Assembly (NCBI GenBank): GCA_038896535.1
Contig: JAWACY010000002.1
Span: 91,002-155,001 of the forward strand
From: Candidatus Anstonellales archaeon
Lineage (GTDB): Archaea > Micrarchaeota > Micrarchaeia > Anstonellales > J096
Length of the DNA stretch: 64,000 nucleotides
Direction: 5' to 3'
Positions 1 through 10,198 of the stretch are shown here, one piece after another. The translations under genes and the position numbers were made by a program. Within the stretch, counting starts at the first letter, position 1. Each line of letters begins with the position of its first letter. The notes under the pieces were generated by a model. It was given only the letters and a program-made list of their open reading frames with translations, was not told the origin of the DNA and did no database searches.

Positions 1-382
1 CAACATTATTGCTGCTCATATAATCATTTAACATTTTTAAAAATCTCTGCTTCTCCATATCATTAAGGCCAAAAAGTATTGGTTCAAGTGATTCAATATA
101 TATAGCTTGTGGCCTAATCCTTTGTACAAATTGCTCGAGGATAAGAAATAATGAAGTCGGATCATTGGCATTACTTATTTTCAAAACCCCGCTTTGTTTT
201 TCACTTCCGCCTGTCTGTGTTAAATCAACACATGCCCATGCTTTCTTGCCCTTTATATATTTCTCCACTTGCTTAAATGGGGTTTTTGTTAGAATAATGA
301 GCTTTATCCTTTTATCCTTATTTATACGCTCAACAAACTTTTCCTTTACAACTAACAAAGCCAAAGCATAAATTAAAGGCAT
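1..382 (-). CDS. Hypothetical protein, 3'-truncated by the window edge; possibly DUF835 / inactive RecA-KaiC-like fold
   Basis: Manual translation MPLIYALALLVVKEKF...IYIESLEPILFG... stays open to position 1. TTTAAA box at 405-410. Alternative ATG at 388. Confidence 0.6.
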   Translation of the reverse strand, partial: MPLIYALALLVVKEKFVERINKDKRIKLIILTKTPFKQVEKYIKGKKAWACVDLTQTGGSEKQSGVLKISNANDPTSLFLILEQFVQRIRPQAIYIESLEPILFGLNDMEKQRFLKMLNDYMSSNNV

Positions 383-470
383 AATCATATATTTAGGAAA
401 CATATTTAAATGTTATTACTCAAATAAATCAAATAAAAATCGCTTACTTACATACAATATCGGCGGTTTT

Positions 471-932
471 ATGCGAAAATTTAGGGATATAAAAGAAAAA
501 TATAAAAAAGCTGAACAAAAAGCACTGGAAAAAATAGATAAAATAGCAGATAAATTAAGAAAATCAAAAATATTAAAACCATTGTATGAAAGAAGAAAAA
601 AACTTGGCCCTTTTATTGCTTATGGTGATGTGTTAATAAATACAGGCATTCTATACCTGACATTAAAAAATAAATTGCTTGGCATATCCTCATTATATGC
701 TTATGCTTATGCAAAAGATGCTTTTAGGGCTTTGCAATTTTTTACAAACGAAACAAAAAGTCCGCTGGCTAAGTATTGCATGCTATACTTCTCATTAAAT
801 ATCCTAAGCTTTGGCTTTTATTCTCTAATGCCGTTTGAAAGTTATTTATCATTATATTTCTACATTAAGACAAATAGAAAAGCAGATCATAGAAAAGAAG
901 ATTATGGGAAAGACAATAATGACAATATTTAA
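471..932 (+). CDS. Hypothetical membrane protein
   Basis: 153-aa ORF with basic N-terminus and hydrophobic segments; GGCGG SD-like motif upstream. Confidence 0.55.
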   Translation: MRKFRDIKEKYKKAEQKALEKIDKIADKLRKSKILKPLYERRKKLGPFIAYGDVLINTGILYLTLKNKLLGISSLYAYAYAKDAFRALQFFTNETKSPLAKYCMLYFSLNILSFGFYSLMPFESYLSLYFYIKTNRKADHRKEDYGKDNNDNI

Positions 933-954
933 ATTATTTCTTATATAAGCATAT

Positions 955-2205
955 ATGCTTGATCCAGATTTTATAAGAAATAACCATGACATAGTAATAA
1001 AGAAATTTGTTGACAGAGGGTATGATAAAGGGCTTGTCCTAGAATTTTTAGAGATAGATAAAGAATGGAGGGCAGTAAAACAAGAAAGCGATAAAAAAAG
1101 GGCTGAGAAAAATATCATATCAAACAATATAAAAGAGCATATTAAAGAGAAAAAGGACATAACAAAATTAAAAGAACAAGCACTTGAACTTGATAAGAAA
1201 ATAAAGGAGCTGGAGCAAAAAGAGAAGGGCCTTGAACAAAACAGGAAAAATATATTGTTGCAAATGCCAAATTTACAGCAAGATGATGTGCCAATAGGAA
1301 AAGATGAAAATGACAATGTCGAAATAAAAAAATGGCTTAAGCCATCAAAAACAAGCAGTGATATAAAACCACATTACGAGCTGCCTTTTTTTGATTTCGA
1401 AAGAGCAGCAAAAATATCGGGCCATAGGTTTGCTTTAATGTATGGCCATTTTGCAAAGCTTGAAAGAGCATTAATAAACTTCATGCTTAACATGCAAATA
1501 TTAAATGGTTATAAAGAGGTATGGGGCCCGCATTTAGTATTAACAAAAGCAATGATAGGAACTGGGCAATTGCCAAAATTTGAACAGGAACTTTATAAAA
1601 CAGATGACGATTTATGGCTTTTGCCAACAGCAGAGGTCATGCTTGTCAATATTTACAGGGAAGAAGTTTTAGAAAACCATTACCTACCAATAAGGTTGTG
1701 TAGCTATACTCCTTGTTATAGAAGAGAAGCAGGAGCTTATGGCAAGGATATTAAAGGTTTTTTAAGGCAGCACCAATTTGATAAGATAGAGCTTGTATCA
1801 ATAACAAGAGCAGAAGACAGCAAAACAGAACATGAAAAAATGCTTTCTGATGCAGAATCAATACTAAAAGCCCTTGAACTGCCATATAGAGTTATGCTAT
1901 TATGCACTTCTGACCTTGGCTTTGCATCTGCAAAAACTTATGATATAGAAGTATGGCTTCCAAGCCAAGATAAATATAGAGAAATAAGTTCAGTCAGTAA
2001 TTGCCTTGATTTTCAGGCAAGAAGGGCAAACATCAGATACTTAGAAAGGGGCGAGCTATATTTTGCCCATACATTGAACGGGTCTGGCCTTGCTGTTGGG
2101 AGGACACTCATAGCATTAGTAGAAAACATGCAGGAAAAAGATGGCATAAAAATACCAAAGGCATTACAACCATATTTTGAAAGCGATTTCATACATTTTG
2201 ATTAA
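955..2205 (+). CDS. serS: Seryl-tRNA synthetase
   Basis: N-terminal coiled-coil arm; PTAEV, YRREAG, RQHQFDKIE, REISS and HTLNGSGLAVGR motifs. Confidence 0.97.
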   Translation: MLDPDFIRNNHDIVIKKFVDRGYDKGLVLEFLEIDKEWRAVKQESDKKRAEKNIISNNIKEHIKEKKDITKLKEQALELDKKIKELEQKEKGLEQNRKNILLQMPNLQQDDVPIGKDENDNVEIKKWLKPSKTSSDIKPHYELPFFDFERAAKISGHRFALMYGHFAKLERALINFMLNMQILNGYKEVWGPHLVLTKAMIGTGQLPKFEQELYKTDDDLWLLPTAEVMLVNIYREEVLENHYLPIRLCSYTPCYRREAGAYGKDIKGFLRQHQFDKIELVSITRAEDSKTEHEKMLSDAESILKALELPYRVMLLCTSDLGFASAKTYDIEVWLPSQDKYREISSVSNCLDFQARRANIRYLERGELYFAHTLNGSGLAVGRTLIALVENMQEKDGIKIPKALQPYFESDFIHFD

Positions 2206-2217
2206 ATTTAAATATGT

Positions 2218-2826
2218 TTAAATGATTTTAATGCTTTTCAATGCTTTATGTTTTTGCAGCTCTATTAATAAGCGCTTTGCTGCTTTCCAATCTTCCACCC
2301 TTTTTATGTTATCATGCTCTAAGCCCTTATTATAAGGCTTGTCCATTAATAGAACAAATATTCCATTTTGTGCTGCTTTAAAAGCAAAGTCCTTATTATC
2401 TTCTACAAGTATTTTTATGCCGATTTCTCTGCAAATAATTTCTTTTGAATTCCTTGTTTTATCGAGGAAAAAAACGTCTTTTATTTCTGGAAAGTGCGTT
2501 CTTATCCAGAAAATAGTATCAGAATAAAGGCTATTATGCCTGGATGTAAGAGCATATATTTCATAAATCTTGGATAATTCTTTAATTGCTTCTTTTGCAT
2601 ATGGTAAACATGTTAGCTGCTTTAATTTGCCTGAAGCATAAAAATTATCAAGCAATCTTCTCTCTTCTTCCTTAGTTATGCCAAAGCATTTACTAAATTC
2701 CCAATGGCATATATGATATTCCTTATAACCAGTGCCTTTCAAGGCATTGAAAAAATCAAGAAATGCTTGCAAAAAATTTGCCAAAACTCCGTCAATATCA
2801 ACAGCCAGCTTTTCCATATTTTTCAT
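2218..2826 (-). CDS. HAD-superfamily 5'(3')-deoxyribonucleotidase-like protein
   Basis: DIDGVL motif I, TSR motif II, VEDN motif IV, C-terminal PYN...W. Confidence 0.85.
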   Translation of the reverse strand: MKNMEKLAVDIDGVLANFLQAFLDFFNALKGTGYKEYHICHWEFSKCFGITKEEERRLLDNFYASGKLKQLTCLPYAKEAIKELSKIYEIYALTSRHNSLYSDTIFWIRTHFPEIKDVFFLDKTRNSKEIICREIGIKILVEDNKDFAFKAAQNGIFVLLMDKPYNKGLEHDNIKRVEDWKAAKRLLIELQKHKALKSIKII

Positions 2827-2946
2827 AGCCCCCCTTAAATGCCTGATTAATAGCATAATTAATTAAAATGAAATTGAATGAAACAAATTGAATGAAATTG
2901 AATAAAAATAATAAAAAATAATTAAAAAATGAAAATCTGGTTAAGA

Positions 2947-3312
2947 TTATTCAACTTTTATTTTTGGCGGCACGATTGGTGGCCTATAGTTTAAAACCCT
3001 TGCTATAAGTGTGCCATGAGATGAGCCAAGATAGTTTATAATATTTATCAATCTTTCTGTCTGCTCTTTATCAAGCTTTTTATTCTTCTTCCATTGCTCA
3101 ACAACATCTTTTGGTTCATCTCTGCCAAAAAGAACGCCTTTTAATGTTATGCTGCCAACGCCCTTATATTCAACTGTATATACATAATGGTATTCTATCA
3201 TGCCTTCATTCTCTTTTACATCACTTATACTTATATTTATGCCCATGCCTTCATGCTCTTTTCTGTCATTTATTTTGGCATTTATTTCATCAACTCTGTC
3301 TCCTAATATCAT
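2947..3312 (-). CDS. Conserved archaeal hypothetical protein (possibly SecB-like fold)
   Basis: Beta-rich N-terminal half, WKK motif, C-terminal PPIVPPK; GAGGT SD. Confidence 0.6.
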   Translation of the reverse strand: MILGDRVDEINAKINDRKEHEGMGINISISDVKENEGMIEYHYVYTVEYKGVGSITLKGVLFGRDEPKDVVEQWKKNKKLDKEQTERLINIINYLGSSHGTLIARVLNYRPPIVPPKIKVE

Positions 3313-3486
3313 ATTCCTACCTCTTAATGTATTATGCTCGTATTTATGAAAACATCAGAGCAAACATTTTAAAAATGTATTACTACCATAAATATATTAT
3401 TAATAACATTTTGATTTCATAATTATGATAAGCAAAGCAAGAAAGAAAAGGCAAGAAAAAAGAGTGAGATAAAGAAGAGTGAAATT

Positions 3487-4548
3487 ATGGTCCTAAGAAA
3501 TAATATTGCAAGCAAGAATACAAACAAGAATGCAAGCAAGAATAATATTAAAAGCAGGAATATTAATAAAAGCATAAGCATTCAGGGGCCTTTTGTTTAT
3601 ATAAAGCAAAAAAGGCCATCAATAGTGGATATAGGACATAAATATCTGGAAGCACTTGAAAAAGAAGATATGCTTGGTAATTTGAGCAGGCCTTATGAGA
3701 TAAAGGTGCATATAATAACTTCTGTTAGGCTAATGAGGCATATAAAAGAATCTTGCATAAAAATGAGTAATGAGATAAATGAATTAATAGCATTACTTGA
3801 ACAAATAAATAGCATATTAGTGAAAAAAGGAGCAACAAGCGCAAGTGTTATGCATAACCTCTATTTTATTGAGAAAAAAATAAAGTCAAAATATTCATAT
3901 GAATGGCAACAAGCAAAATCAAGATTAGAAGAAACATTAGAAAAACTTGAAACAAATATTGATAAAAGCAATGAAAGAAATAGGCCGAACGCAGCTGCCT
4001 TAGTTGTATCAATAATAAACAGGCTTAAAAAAAGGCACAGAAATCTGCAATCAATAATGTCTTATGCATGCAATAATGAGCAATTGCTTGAAAAGGAAAT
4101 GAGAAATTGGCTTGCATTGTGGCTTCAAAAAGCCATCGAAAAAACAGCAGAATTAAAAAAAGAGATTGAATCATTTAAGCAAGCATCATCTTTATTATGC
4201 CAAGAATATTGGGAGATTGATGCGATGATTGAAAATTCAAGAAGGGAGAGGAGAGAATTGTTAAAGCTGTTGGAGAAGAGGCGCAGTGCTGAAAAATTAA
4301 AAGACATCGGTAAAAAAATCGATAGCATGCTAATGCAAATAAAAAAGCAATTCTCTTATTTATATGATGAAGTAAGGTTTGAATTATTAGCAGGAAAACC
4401 CTGGTTTATATCTTCTGAGCTTATTAAGAATGGAGAAACAAATATTGGTAATTTAATAGAAGAAGCAAATAGGCATATTTTAAAAGGAAATTTAGAAGAA
4501 GCAAGAAAAACATTTAAACAAGCGCTTGCATTAATTAAGCAAAATTAA
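3487..4548 (+). CDS. Hypothetical coiled-coil protein
   Basis: 353-aa helical ORF with a low-complexity N/K N-terminus. Confidence 0.6.
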   Translation: MVLRNNIASKNTNKNASKNNIKSRNINKSISIQGPFVYIKQKRPSIVDIGHKYLEALEKEDMLGNLSRPYEIKVHIITSVRLMRHIKESCIKMSNEINELIALLEQINSILVKKGATSASVMHNLYFIEKKIKSKYSYEWQQAKSRLEETLEKLETNIDKSNERNRPNAAALVVSIINRLKKRHRNLQSIMSYACNNEQLLEKEMRNWLALWLQKAIEKTAELKKEIESFKQASSLLCQEYWEIDAMIENSRRERRELLKLLEKRRSAEKLKDIGKKIDSMLMQIKKQFSYLYDEVRFELLAGKPWFISSELIKNGETNIGNLIEEANRHILKGNLEEARKTFKQALALIKQN

Positions 4549-5532
4549 TTAAGCAAAACCTTTACTTGCGCTTGCACTTATGTGCCTTTTTTGTATTACT
4601 TTAAACGTCTCAAACGCATATCGCATTATTTCATCATCATTATAATTTAGCTTCAACCAGTTTAATAAACCATTTATCTGTTCAAGTGTTTCCATTCTAT
4701 CCAGTATCATCTCAATTACAGCATTATTCTTGTATTCTGGAAACTTAGAGAAAAATTCATCCAGCACTTTATGGCCTTGCTTTTTAAATGCTTTAGCAAG
4801 TGCTTTTCCAATAATGAATAGAGAGTGTAAATAAAGTTCCTTCTTCTCCTCAAATGCATTGAACAGCCAAATCTTAAATTTATCAGCTAAGTAATGGCAC
4901 ATTCCAGCATCAAAATCTTTATCATCTTTAAAATCAATCACAAATGATATTACAAGCATCGTGCAAAGCTTTTTATCTAAAGGCATTTGAGTTTCCATAT
5001 CCCTTTCAATTGCTTTTATGTAAAATTCAGGCCTTTCTTCAGCAAGCAATTTGGCAAATGAAAAAACAGCTTCAAATGCTGTATCAAAGTCATCTGATTT
5101 TATAGAATTATATAGCAAAGGCAATATTTCATTTAACCTCCTTATTTTTTTCCCGCTTGTTAAAATATTTTGCAATGCAATAATGCAGGCCATTCTATTA
5201 ATATCAAATTCCTTTATTATAATTTCCTCTAATTTATTCTGGTTATTCTGTAATAAATAAGGAGTAATGATAATTAATGCTTCTCCTCTTTTGTTTTCCT
5301 CAATACTAAAAAAGTGCTCAGCGACTTCAAGTGCTTCTTCTATTATTTTATTTCCTTTAACAATTCTTAAAATGTTCGGATTTGTTAAAGAATAAGCCCA
5401 AAAATCCCTTATTAATTCAAGTAATGTTCTCTCTTTAATGTCCTTTCTTTGTAATGACCCATAAGTAGCTCTATTTATTAACCTACTCCTCATACCATAA
5501 TTACCTAATTTATCTAATACAATTTCCCTCAT
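4549..5532 (-). CDS. Hypothetical alpha-helical (HEAT-like) protein
   Basis: Long ORF; start MREIV chosen after GGGGG SD because the upstream part of the ORF call is low complexity. Confidence 0.6.
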   Translation of the reverse strand: MREIVLDKLGNYGMRSRLINRATYGSLQRKDIKERTLLELIRDFWAYSLTNPNILRIVKGNKIIEEALEVAEHFFSIEENKRGEALIIITPYLLQNNQNKLEEIIIKEFDINRMACIIALQNILTSGKKIRRLNEILPLLYNSIKSDDFDTAFEAVFSFAKLLAEERPEFYIKAIERDMETQMPLDKKLCTMLVISFVIDFKDDKDFDAGMCHYLADKFKIWLFNAFEEKKELYLHSLFIIGKALAKAFKKQGHKVLDEFFSKFPEYKNNAVIEMILDRMETLEQINGLLNWLKLNYNDDEIMRYAFETFKVIQKRHISASASKGFA

Positions 5533-5802
5533 AAAAGCCCCCCTATTGTTTTTCTTATTTTTCTTATTTTTTCTTATGTTTTCCTTATTTTTGTTATGCT
5601 TTTTATAAAAATATTTATTATAGGAAAGGTTTAAAAACACATATATTGAAAAATTAGGACTATAAAATCATATTAATCATAATTAGAAAAATAATTAGAA
5701 AAAATAGAGGAGCAAGAGAAACAAAAAGCAATGAAATAGGGCAACATAAAAATAAGGCAATAAAAGCATTAATATTTTAAATAGTTGCTCTAATTTAAAA
5801 AT

Positions 5803-6612
5803 ATGGTAAATTTTAATTTCACTGGCATTCCATTCAAACCATCTTATAAATCAATATTTTCCCATATATTTGTCCCATTGTTATTTGCAGTCTTATTTTA
5901 CAGTTTCATTTTAATGCTCGAATCATTAATAGGGCTGTTTGCCAGCATAAATTTATCTTCAATTTTTGCTATTCCGCTTGTATTAATAATACTAATTTTT
6001 GCCTCATATTATGAAATAAAAAGGCACTACACAGTATATAAGATTGATAATAATGGCATAGAGATAATAACAGGCATAATAAATAAAAGAGAGGCAAAAG
6101 TACCATATAGAAATATACAAAACATCTTTGTAGAGAAGCATCTTGTTGATAGATTATTAAACATAGGAACTGTATATATAGAGACTGCAAGTGCAACAAA
6201 AGAAGAAAAAGACAGAATAGAGCTTTATGGGATTGAAGAACCAAATTTATTCTCTGATAAGATTAGCGAGAAGATAACGGCATTAAGCAAAGAAAAAATA
6301 GAAAATAAGGAATATGAAAGGATAAAGGCTGAGATTGAGAACATTAAAAAAGACTTGGCTGCTGTTAAAGAGGCAATAGAAGGTTTTGGGCAGCATGTTG
6401 AAATGCATGAAAATGAAGTAAATTATATAAAATCAGAAATTGAAAAGCTTGATTCTCAAATTAAAATTATTGTAACAAGGCTGGATATAATAACTAATGA
6501 ATACTACAGCCAAAAAAATGAAAAAACAGATTCAAAAATAGCTGGAGAAACAAAGATAAGGAAAATTAGAAAGAAGAGAAAACAAAACGAAGATGAAACA
6601 GATGAAAAATAA
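5803..6612 (+). CDS. Membrane protein with bacterial PH domain (bPH_2/YdbS-like) and C-terminal coiled coil
   Basis: Two TM helices, then Y.I....I.I.TGI...E..VPY.NIQ....K...DRLL.IG.V.IETA pattern. Confidence 0.8.
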   Translation: MVNFNFTGIPFKPSYKSIFSHIFVPLLFAVLFYSFILMLESLIGLFASINLSSIFAIPLVLIILIFASYYEIKRHYTVYKIDNNGIEIITGIINKREAKVPYRNIQNIFVEKHLVDRLLNIGTVYIETASATKEEKDRIELYGIEEPNLFSDKISEKITALSKEKIENKEYERIKAEIENIKKDLAAVKEAIEGFGQHVEMHENEVNYIKSEIEKLDSQIKIIVTRLDIITNEYYSQKNEKTDSKIAGETKIRKIRKKRKQNEDETDEK

Positions 6613-6650
6613 ATAAAAGTAAATTAATAATCTATTTATATTTCGCTTAT

Positions 6651-6734
6651 GCTGGGGTCGCCTAGCCCGGTATGGCGGCAGCCTGCTAAGCTGCTTCCCG
6701 AAAGGGTTCGCGGGTTCAAATCCCGCCCCCGGCG
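6651..6734 (+). tRNA. tRNA-Ser(GCT)
   Basis: GCTGGGG/CCCCGGC acceptor stem, GCAGC-CT-GCT-AA-GCTGC anticodon arm, long variable arm, TTCAAAT T-loop. Confidence 0.97.
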
Positions 6735-6917
6735 TTCTAAAAAAAGAGATAGAAAGAAGCAATAATAAAATTAAATGAAAAAATGAAAATATAATGATAT
6801 ATGGAAGTAAAATAATAAAATAAAAAGATTAAATAAAAAAAATAAAAAATAATTTATTCTGAAGTGTTCTAAAACATTTTGCACATTTTGCAATTTCAAT
6901 TATTTCAATTCACTTTT

Positions 6918-7073
6918 TCATGCATTGCCCAATACTTTCCATACGGCTGTGTTGCAATTAGGACATTTTCCATTCAAGAACTTCTTTTTCCCTCTTTTAG
7001 TATCTTTAACTACTTCCTTTGCATCTCTCATTTCTACATTAGCCTTACACTTTACGCAATATCCTTTTGCCAT
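6918..7073 (-). CDS. Small Zn-ribbon basic protein, DUF5679 / Cren7-like (51 aa, below the ORF-track cutoff)
   Basis: MAKGYCVKCKANVEMRDAKEVVKDTKRGKKKFLNGKCPNCNTAVWKVLGNA; two CxxC motifs; GGTGG SD. Confidence 0.8.
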   Translation of the reverse strand: MAKGYCVKCKANVEMRDAKEVVKDTKRGKKKFLNGKCPNCNTAVWKVLGNA

Positions 7074-7114
7074 TTTAACCACCCTTGTTTATATGGAATT
7101 ATATATTTATAAAC

Positions 7115-8008
7115 TTAACCAATGTCAGTATTTAATAAACCAGCATGCTTCAAAAATCTGTGTGCATTCATAAAAAATATATTGTACAACTCTGCTTTTG
7201 AAAAGTTTTTACGCATTTTAAGTTCAAGCTTTTTTAATTCATTTGCTTCTTTTATTGGCATTATTAAATCTTTCAATTTTATCCCATACATGTCAGAGCC
7301 AAGGGCAACAGCATTTTTACCAACATTATCAATCATTGCATCAATGCACTTTATAAAAGTATTCAAATCTTTAACCATATTCTTTGATATTGCAATTCCA
7401 ACAATGCCTTTATTATCAGCAACTTTATTAGCGCATTCCATATCTATGTTTCTCTGCTTATCAAAAAATTCCTTTATCCCAGTATGTGATACAAAAACCC
7501 TTCCTTTATCTGCAATTTTTTCATTTAATATATCCATAATACTTTTCCTGCTTAAATGGGCCAAGTCAATTAAGCAATGTTTATCCATGATAATGCTTAC
7601 TGCCTTTGACCCAATTTCTGACAATCCATTATCTTTCTTATCACTGCATCCAGAAGAAAATGCATTGCCATAATTCCATGTAAATCCGTATGATGAAATG
7701 CCCAAATCAGATAAAGCCTCTATTTCATCAAGCTCCAAGCCATAACAGCCTTCTAATGAGATAAGCATATTGAATTTTATTTTATTACGCATTTTCTTAT
7801 AAAACATAAGCTGCTTTATTATCTCTCTAAAAGCATTTAGCTCATAAACGCCTGCTTCAGTATAATTTAAAGGGAATATTGCTGCAATTATAACTGAAAA
7901 TTGGTTGTTCATATTCTTTATTATATTATCAGAAAAATCGTCATAACAAAGCATCCAAGGCTGTCTTGCCCTTATTATAAGGTCTTGATGCAGATCTATG
8001 TATTTCAT
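7115..8008 (-). CDS. Membrane dipeptidase (peptidase M19 family)
   Basis: DLHQD, SLEG, TWN, DLAH, SHT, RNID and GSD motifs; start placed 22 nt downstream of TTTAAA. Confidence 0.88.
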   Translation of the reverse strand: MKYIDLHQDLIIRARQPWMLCYDDFSDNIIKNMNNQFSVIIAAIFPLNYTEAGVYELNAFREIIKQLMFYKKMRNKIKFNMLISLEGCYGLELDEIEALSDLGISSYGFTWNYGNAFSSGCSDKKDNGLSEIGSKAVSIIMDKHCLIDLAHLSRKSIMDILNEKIADKGRVFVSHTGIKEFFDKQRNIDMECANKVADNKGIVGIAISKNMVKDLNTFIKCIDAMIDNVGKNAVALGSDMYGIKLKDLIMPIKEANELKKLELKMRKNFSKAELYNIFFMNAHRFLKHAGLLNTDIG

Positions 8009-8096
8009 AATTTTCTTTTGTATTATCATTTTAAATTTATTATACATTTACTCATCATTTCACTCAATACTTTTTTCATTATTTATTTTCATTGAT

Positions 8097-8987
8097 TTAC
8101 TTTGATCGCAATTTGCTTGTTAAATCAAAATTTAGCGTTATGCCCATTTCAAATAATGTTTTCCAGTCTTTATAAATAATAGGAAATCCATGCCATAAAG
8201 ATAGGTCAATAACGTTCTTACTATCTATTGTCATATAAGCAGTGTATAGAGTTGATCCATATGTATTTAGAACAAGCTGTTCATATGCTGCTATGCCAAG
8301 AGCATCGCAAATTTTCTTATATACTGGATAAGCATAAAATGCCCAATCTTTGCCCCCCATATGTGGCATTGTTGGAGCAACACTATAAGCAAGAACAAAC
8401 CCAGGCACTGTTAAATGAAACACTCTTTTCTTTAATAGCTCAAATACTGCATATGGATGAATATTACTTATATCTTCATAAGTCAGCTTTTCCAGCTTTT
8501 TTTCTTCATTAAATTTCCTCAACGCTATTTTCTCTCCCATGGCTTTTAATACATCAACAAAATATATGCCGTGGCCTTCATAAAGTGCTTGCAAAGTATC
8601 AACTATAACATCATAAACACTATTGAATGTGATAAACCTGCTTTTAATGTCCAGCAATGAAAATATTGTATTAAATGTCCTTACTACCGCTTCATTAGCT
8701 GGTAGCCCAACATTTTCTGCGAATATATCACGCAATATTAGAAGCCTTTCTATATAAGCATTTCTCTCCTGTTTGCTAAGTAAATTAAAAGCTTGCGTGC
8801 CTTTTATTCTATTAACTGCACTGTTTATGAATGAATTGCTTATAAATTCAATGAATAATGGAGAAAATGTTTGAAATACATATGGAACATTTTCCTCGTC
8901 TTTTTCGAATATTCTTGGAGATATTATATTGCTAGAAAATCTTAACACATGCGCTGAATCCGCCCTTGGCATTGCGAAATCTAGCAC
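8097..8987 (-). CDS. Hypothetical protein (possibly C-terminal part of a frameshifted gene)
   Basis: 296-aa ORF overlapping the upstream ORF by 7 nt. Confidence 0.55.
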   Translation of the reverse strand: MLDFAMPRADSAHVLRFSSNIISPRIFEKDEENVPYVFQTFSPLFIEFISNSFINSAVNRIKGTQAFNLLSKQERNAYIERLLILRDIFAENVGLPANEAVVRTFNTIFSLLDIKSRFITFNSVYDVIVDTLQALYEGHGIYFVDVLKAMGEKIALRKFNEEKKLEKLTYEDISNIHPYAVFELLKKRVFHLTVPGFVLAYSVAPTMPHMGGKDWAFYAYPVYKKICDALGIAAYEQLVLNTYGSTLYTAYMTIDSKNVIDLSLWHGFPIIYKDWKTLFEMGITLNFDLTSKLRSK

Positions 8988-9397
8988 ATGCAGACTGAAT
9001 AAAGGCCTCTTTCTCTAAGTGCATCAACTAAAAGCATTGAGAATATTTTATCTGCTGAAATATTTGGGGATGTATGCGAAAAGCTTGTAGTAAAATCTGG
9101 TTTTATTCCAGCAATTTTCTCAAACCCGGCTGTAAATGCTTCTCTTGCCTTAGGGAATAATGGCTTTATCTCTTTTGATTCTCTTATCTTTCTTTCGTTC
9201 TCTTCTATTAATGCATTTACTGATGGTCTGACAATGCCATATTTAAAATTCTGATTCAATAAAACAGAGCCAGCTAAATTATTAACTTCTAACCTCCCCG
9301 CCATATTAAAAGCTGCAGAAATTTCATTAAAACATTCATATTTTTTATTAACTTTAACATAACTAACACCAAAATGTTTTTGTTGCTCCATATACAA
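8981..9397 (-). CDS. Hypothetical protein
   Basis: 138-aa ORF behind TTTAAA at 9417-9422. Confidence 0.5.
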   Translation of the reverse strand: MYMEQQKHFGVSYVKVNKKYECFNEISAAFNMAGRLEVNNLAGSVLLNQNFKYGIVRPSVNALIEENERKIRESKEIKPLFPKAREAFTAGFEKIAGIKPDFTTSFSHTSPNISADKIFSMLLVDALRERGLYSVCMC

Positions 9398-9443
9398 TGT
9401 TGTGTTTAGAAAGATTTTTAAATAATGGCCTATAATTTAATTA

Positions 9444-10118
9444 ATGCTCAATATTGCAAAAAAGGAGATAGAAAAAAATTTTCCATATTTCATACTCGGA
9501 TTCCAAGATGGGCTTGTTAATGTATTTGGTGTCATAATGGCAGTTGCTGTTGGCACTGGAAATGTTGCTGTAACAATTTTAGCTGGTCTCGCAGCAACAT
9601 TTGCTGAAAGCGTATCTATGGGCGCTGTTGCATATACAAGCACAAAAGCAGAGAGAGCATTAAATGAAAAGAAATTTGCTGAGCTTAATAAAAAAAGCAG
9701 AAATAGCTTGAAAATGCACATAAAGCATGTATTAAAAAGTCTCGATATGAAAGAAAGGGAAGCTAATGAAATAGCAAGCATAATGTCAAAAAATAAAAAG
9801 GCAAGCTTAAACTTCCTTATTAGCAATGAAATGAAGTTAAGCCCTGAGATGAAAAATCCTTTAAAATATGGCATAATTGTTTTACTCTCATCTTTTATTG
9901 GCTCTTTTGTGCCTTTAATAAGTTTCTTGTTTTTTCCTATAAAAATGGCTATAATTTATACTATATTATTTTGCGCCATATGCCTTTTCTTTGTCGGCGT
10001 TTATAAATCAAGGCTTTATAAGACAAACCCATTAAAAGAAGGCCTTGAATTATTAATTATAGGCATGACTTCTGCATTCATAGGATTTATAACTGGATAC
10101 ATGTTTGGAGCAAAATGA
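9444..10118 (+). CDS. VIT1/CCC1 family Fe/Mn transporter
   Basis: G.QDGLV, AG.AA..A..VSMG..AY motifs; five TM helices. Confidence 0.9.
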   Translation: MLNIAKKEIEKNFPYFILGFQDGLVNVFGVIMAVAVGTGNVAVTILAGLAATFAESVSMGAVAYTSTKAERALNEKKFAELNKKSRNSLKMHIKHVLKSLDMKEREANEIASIMSKNKKASLNFLISNEMKLSPEMKNPLKYGIIVLLSSFIGSFVPLISFLFFPIKMAIIYTILFCAICLFFVGVYKSRLYKTNPLKEGLELLIIGMTSAFIGFITGYMFGAK

Positions 10119-10198
10119 TAAGGCTAAAAATAATAAAGAAATCAAAGTAAATAAACTAAAGAATAATGATTTAAAATATTGCCTTTATAAATTATAGA

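Noticed and set aside
6532-6762. ORFs antisense to tRNA-Ser and tRNA-Pro (also 12540-12755)
   Set aside because: GFEP-type translations are the usual tRNA antisense artefact
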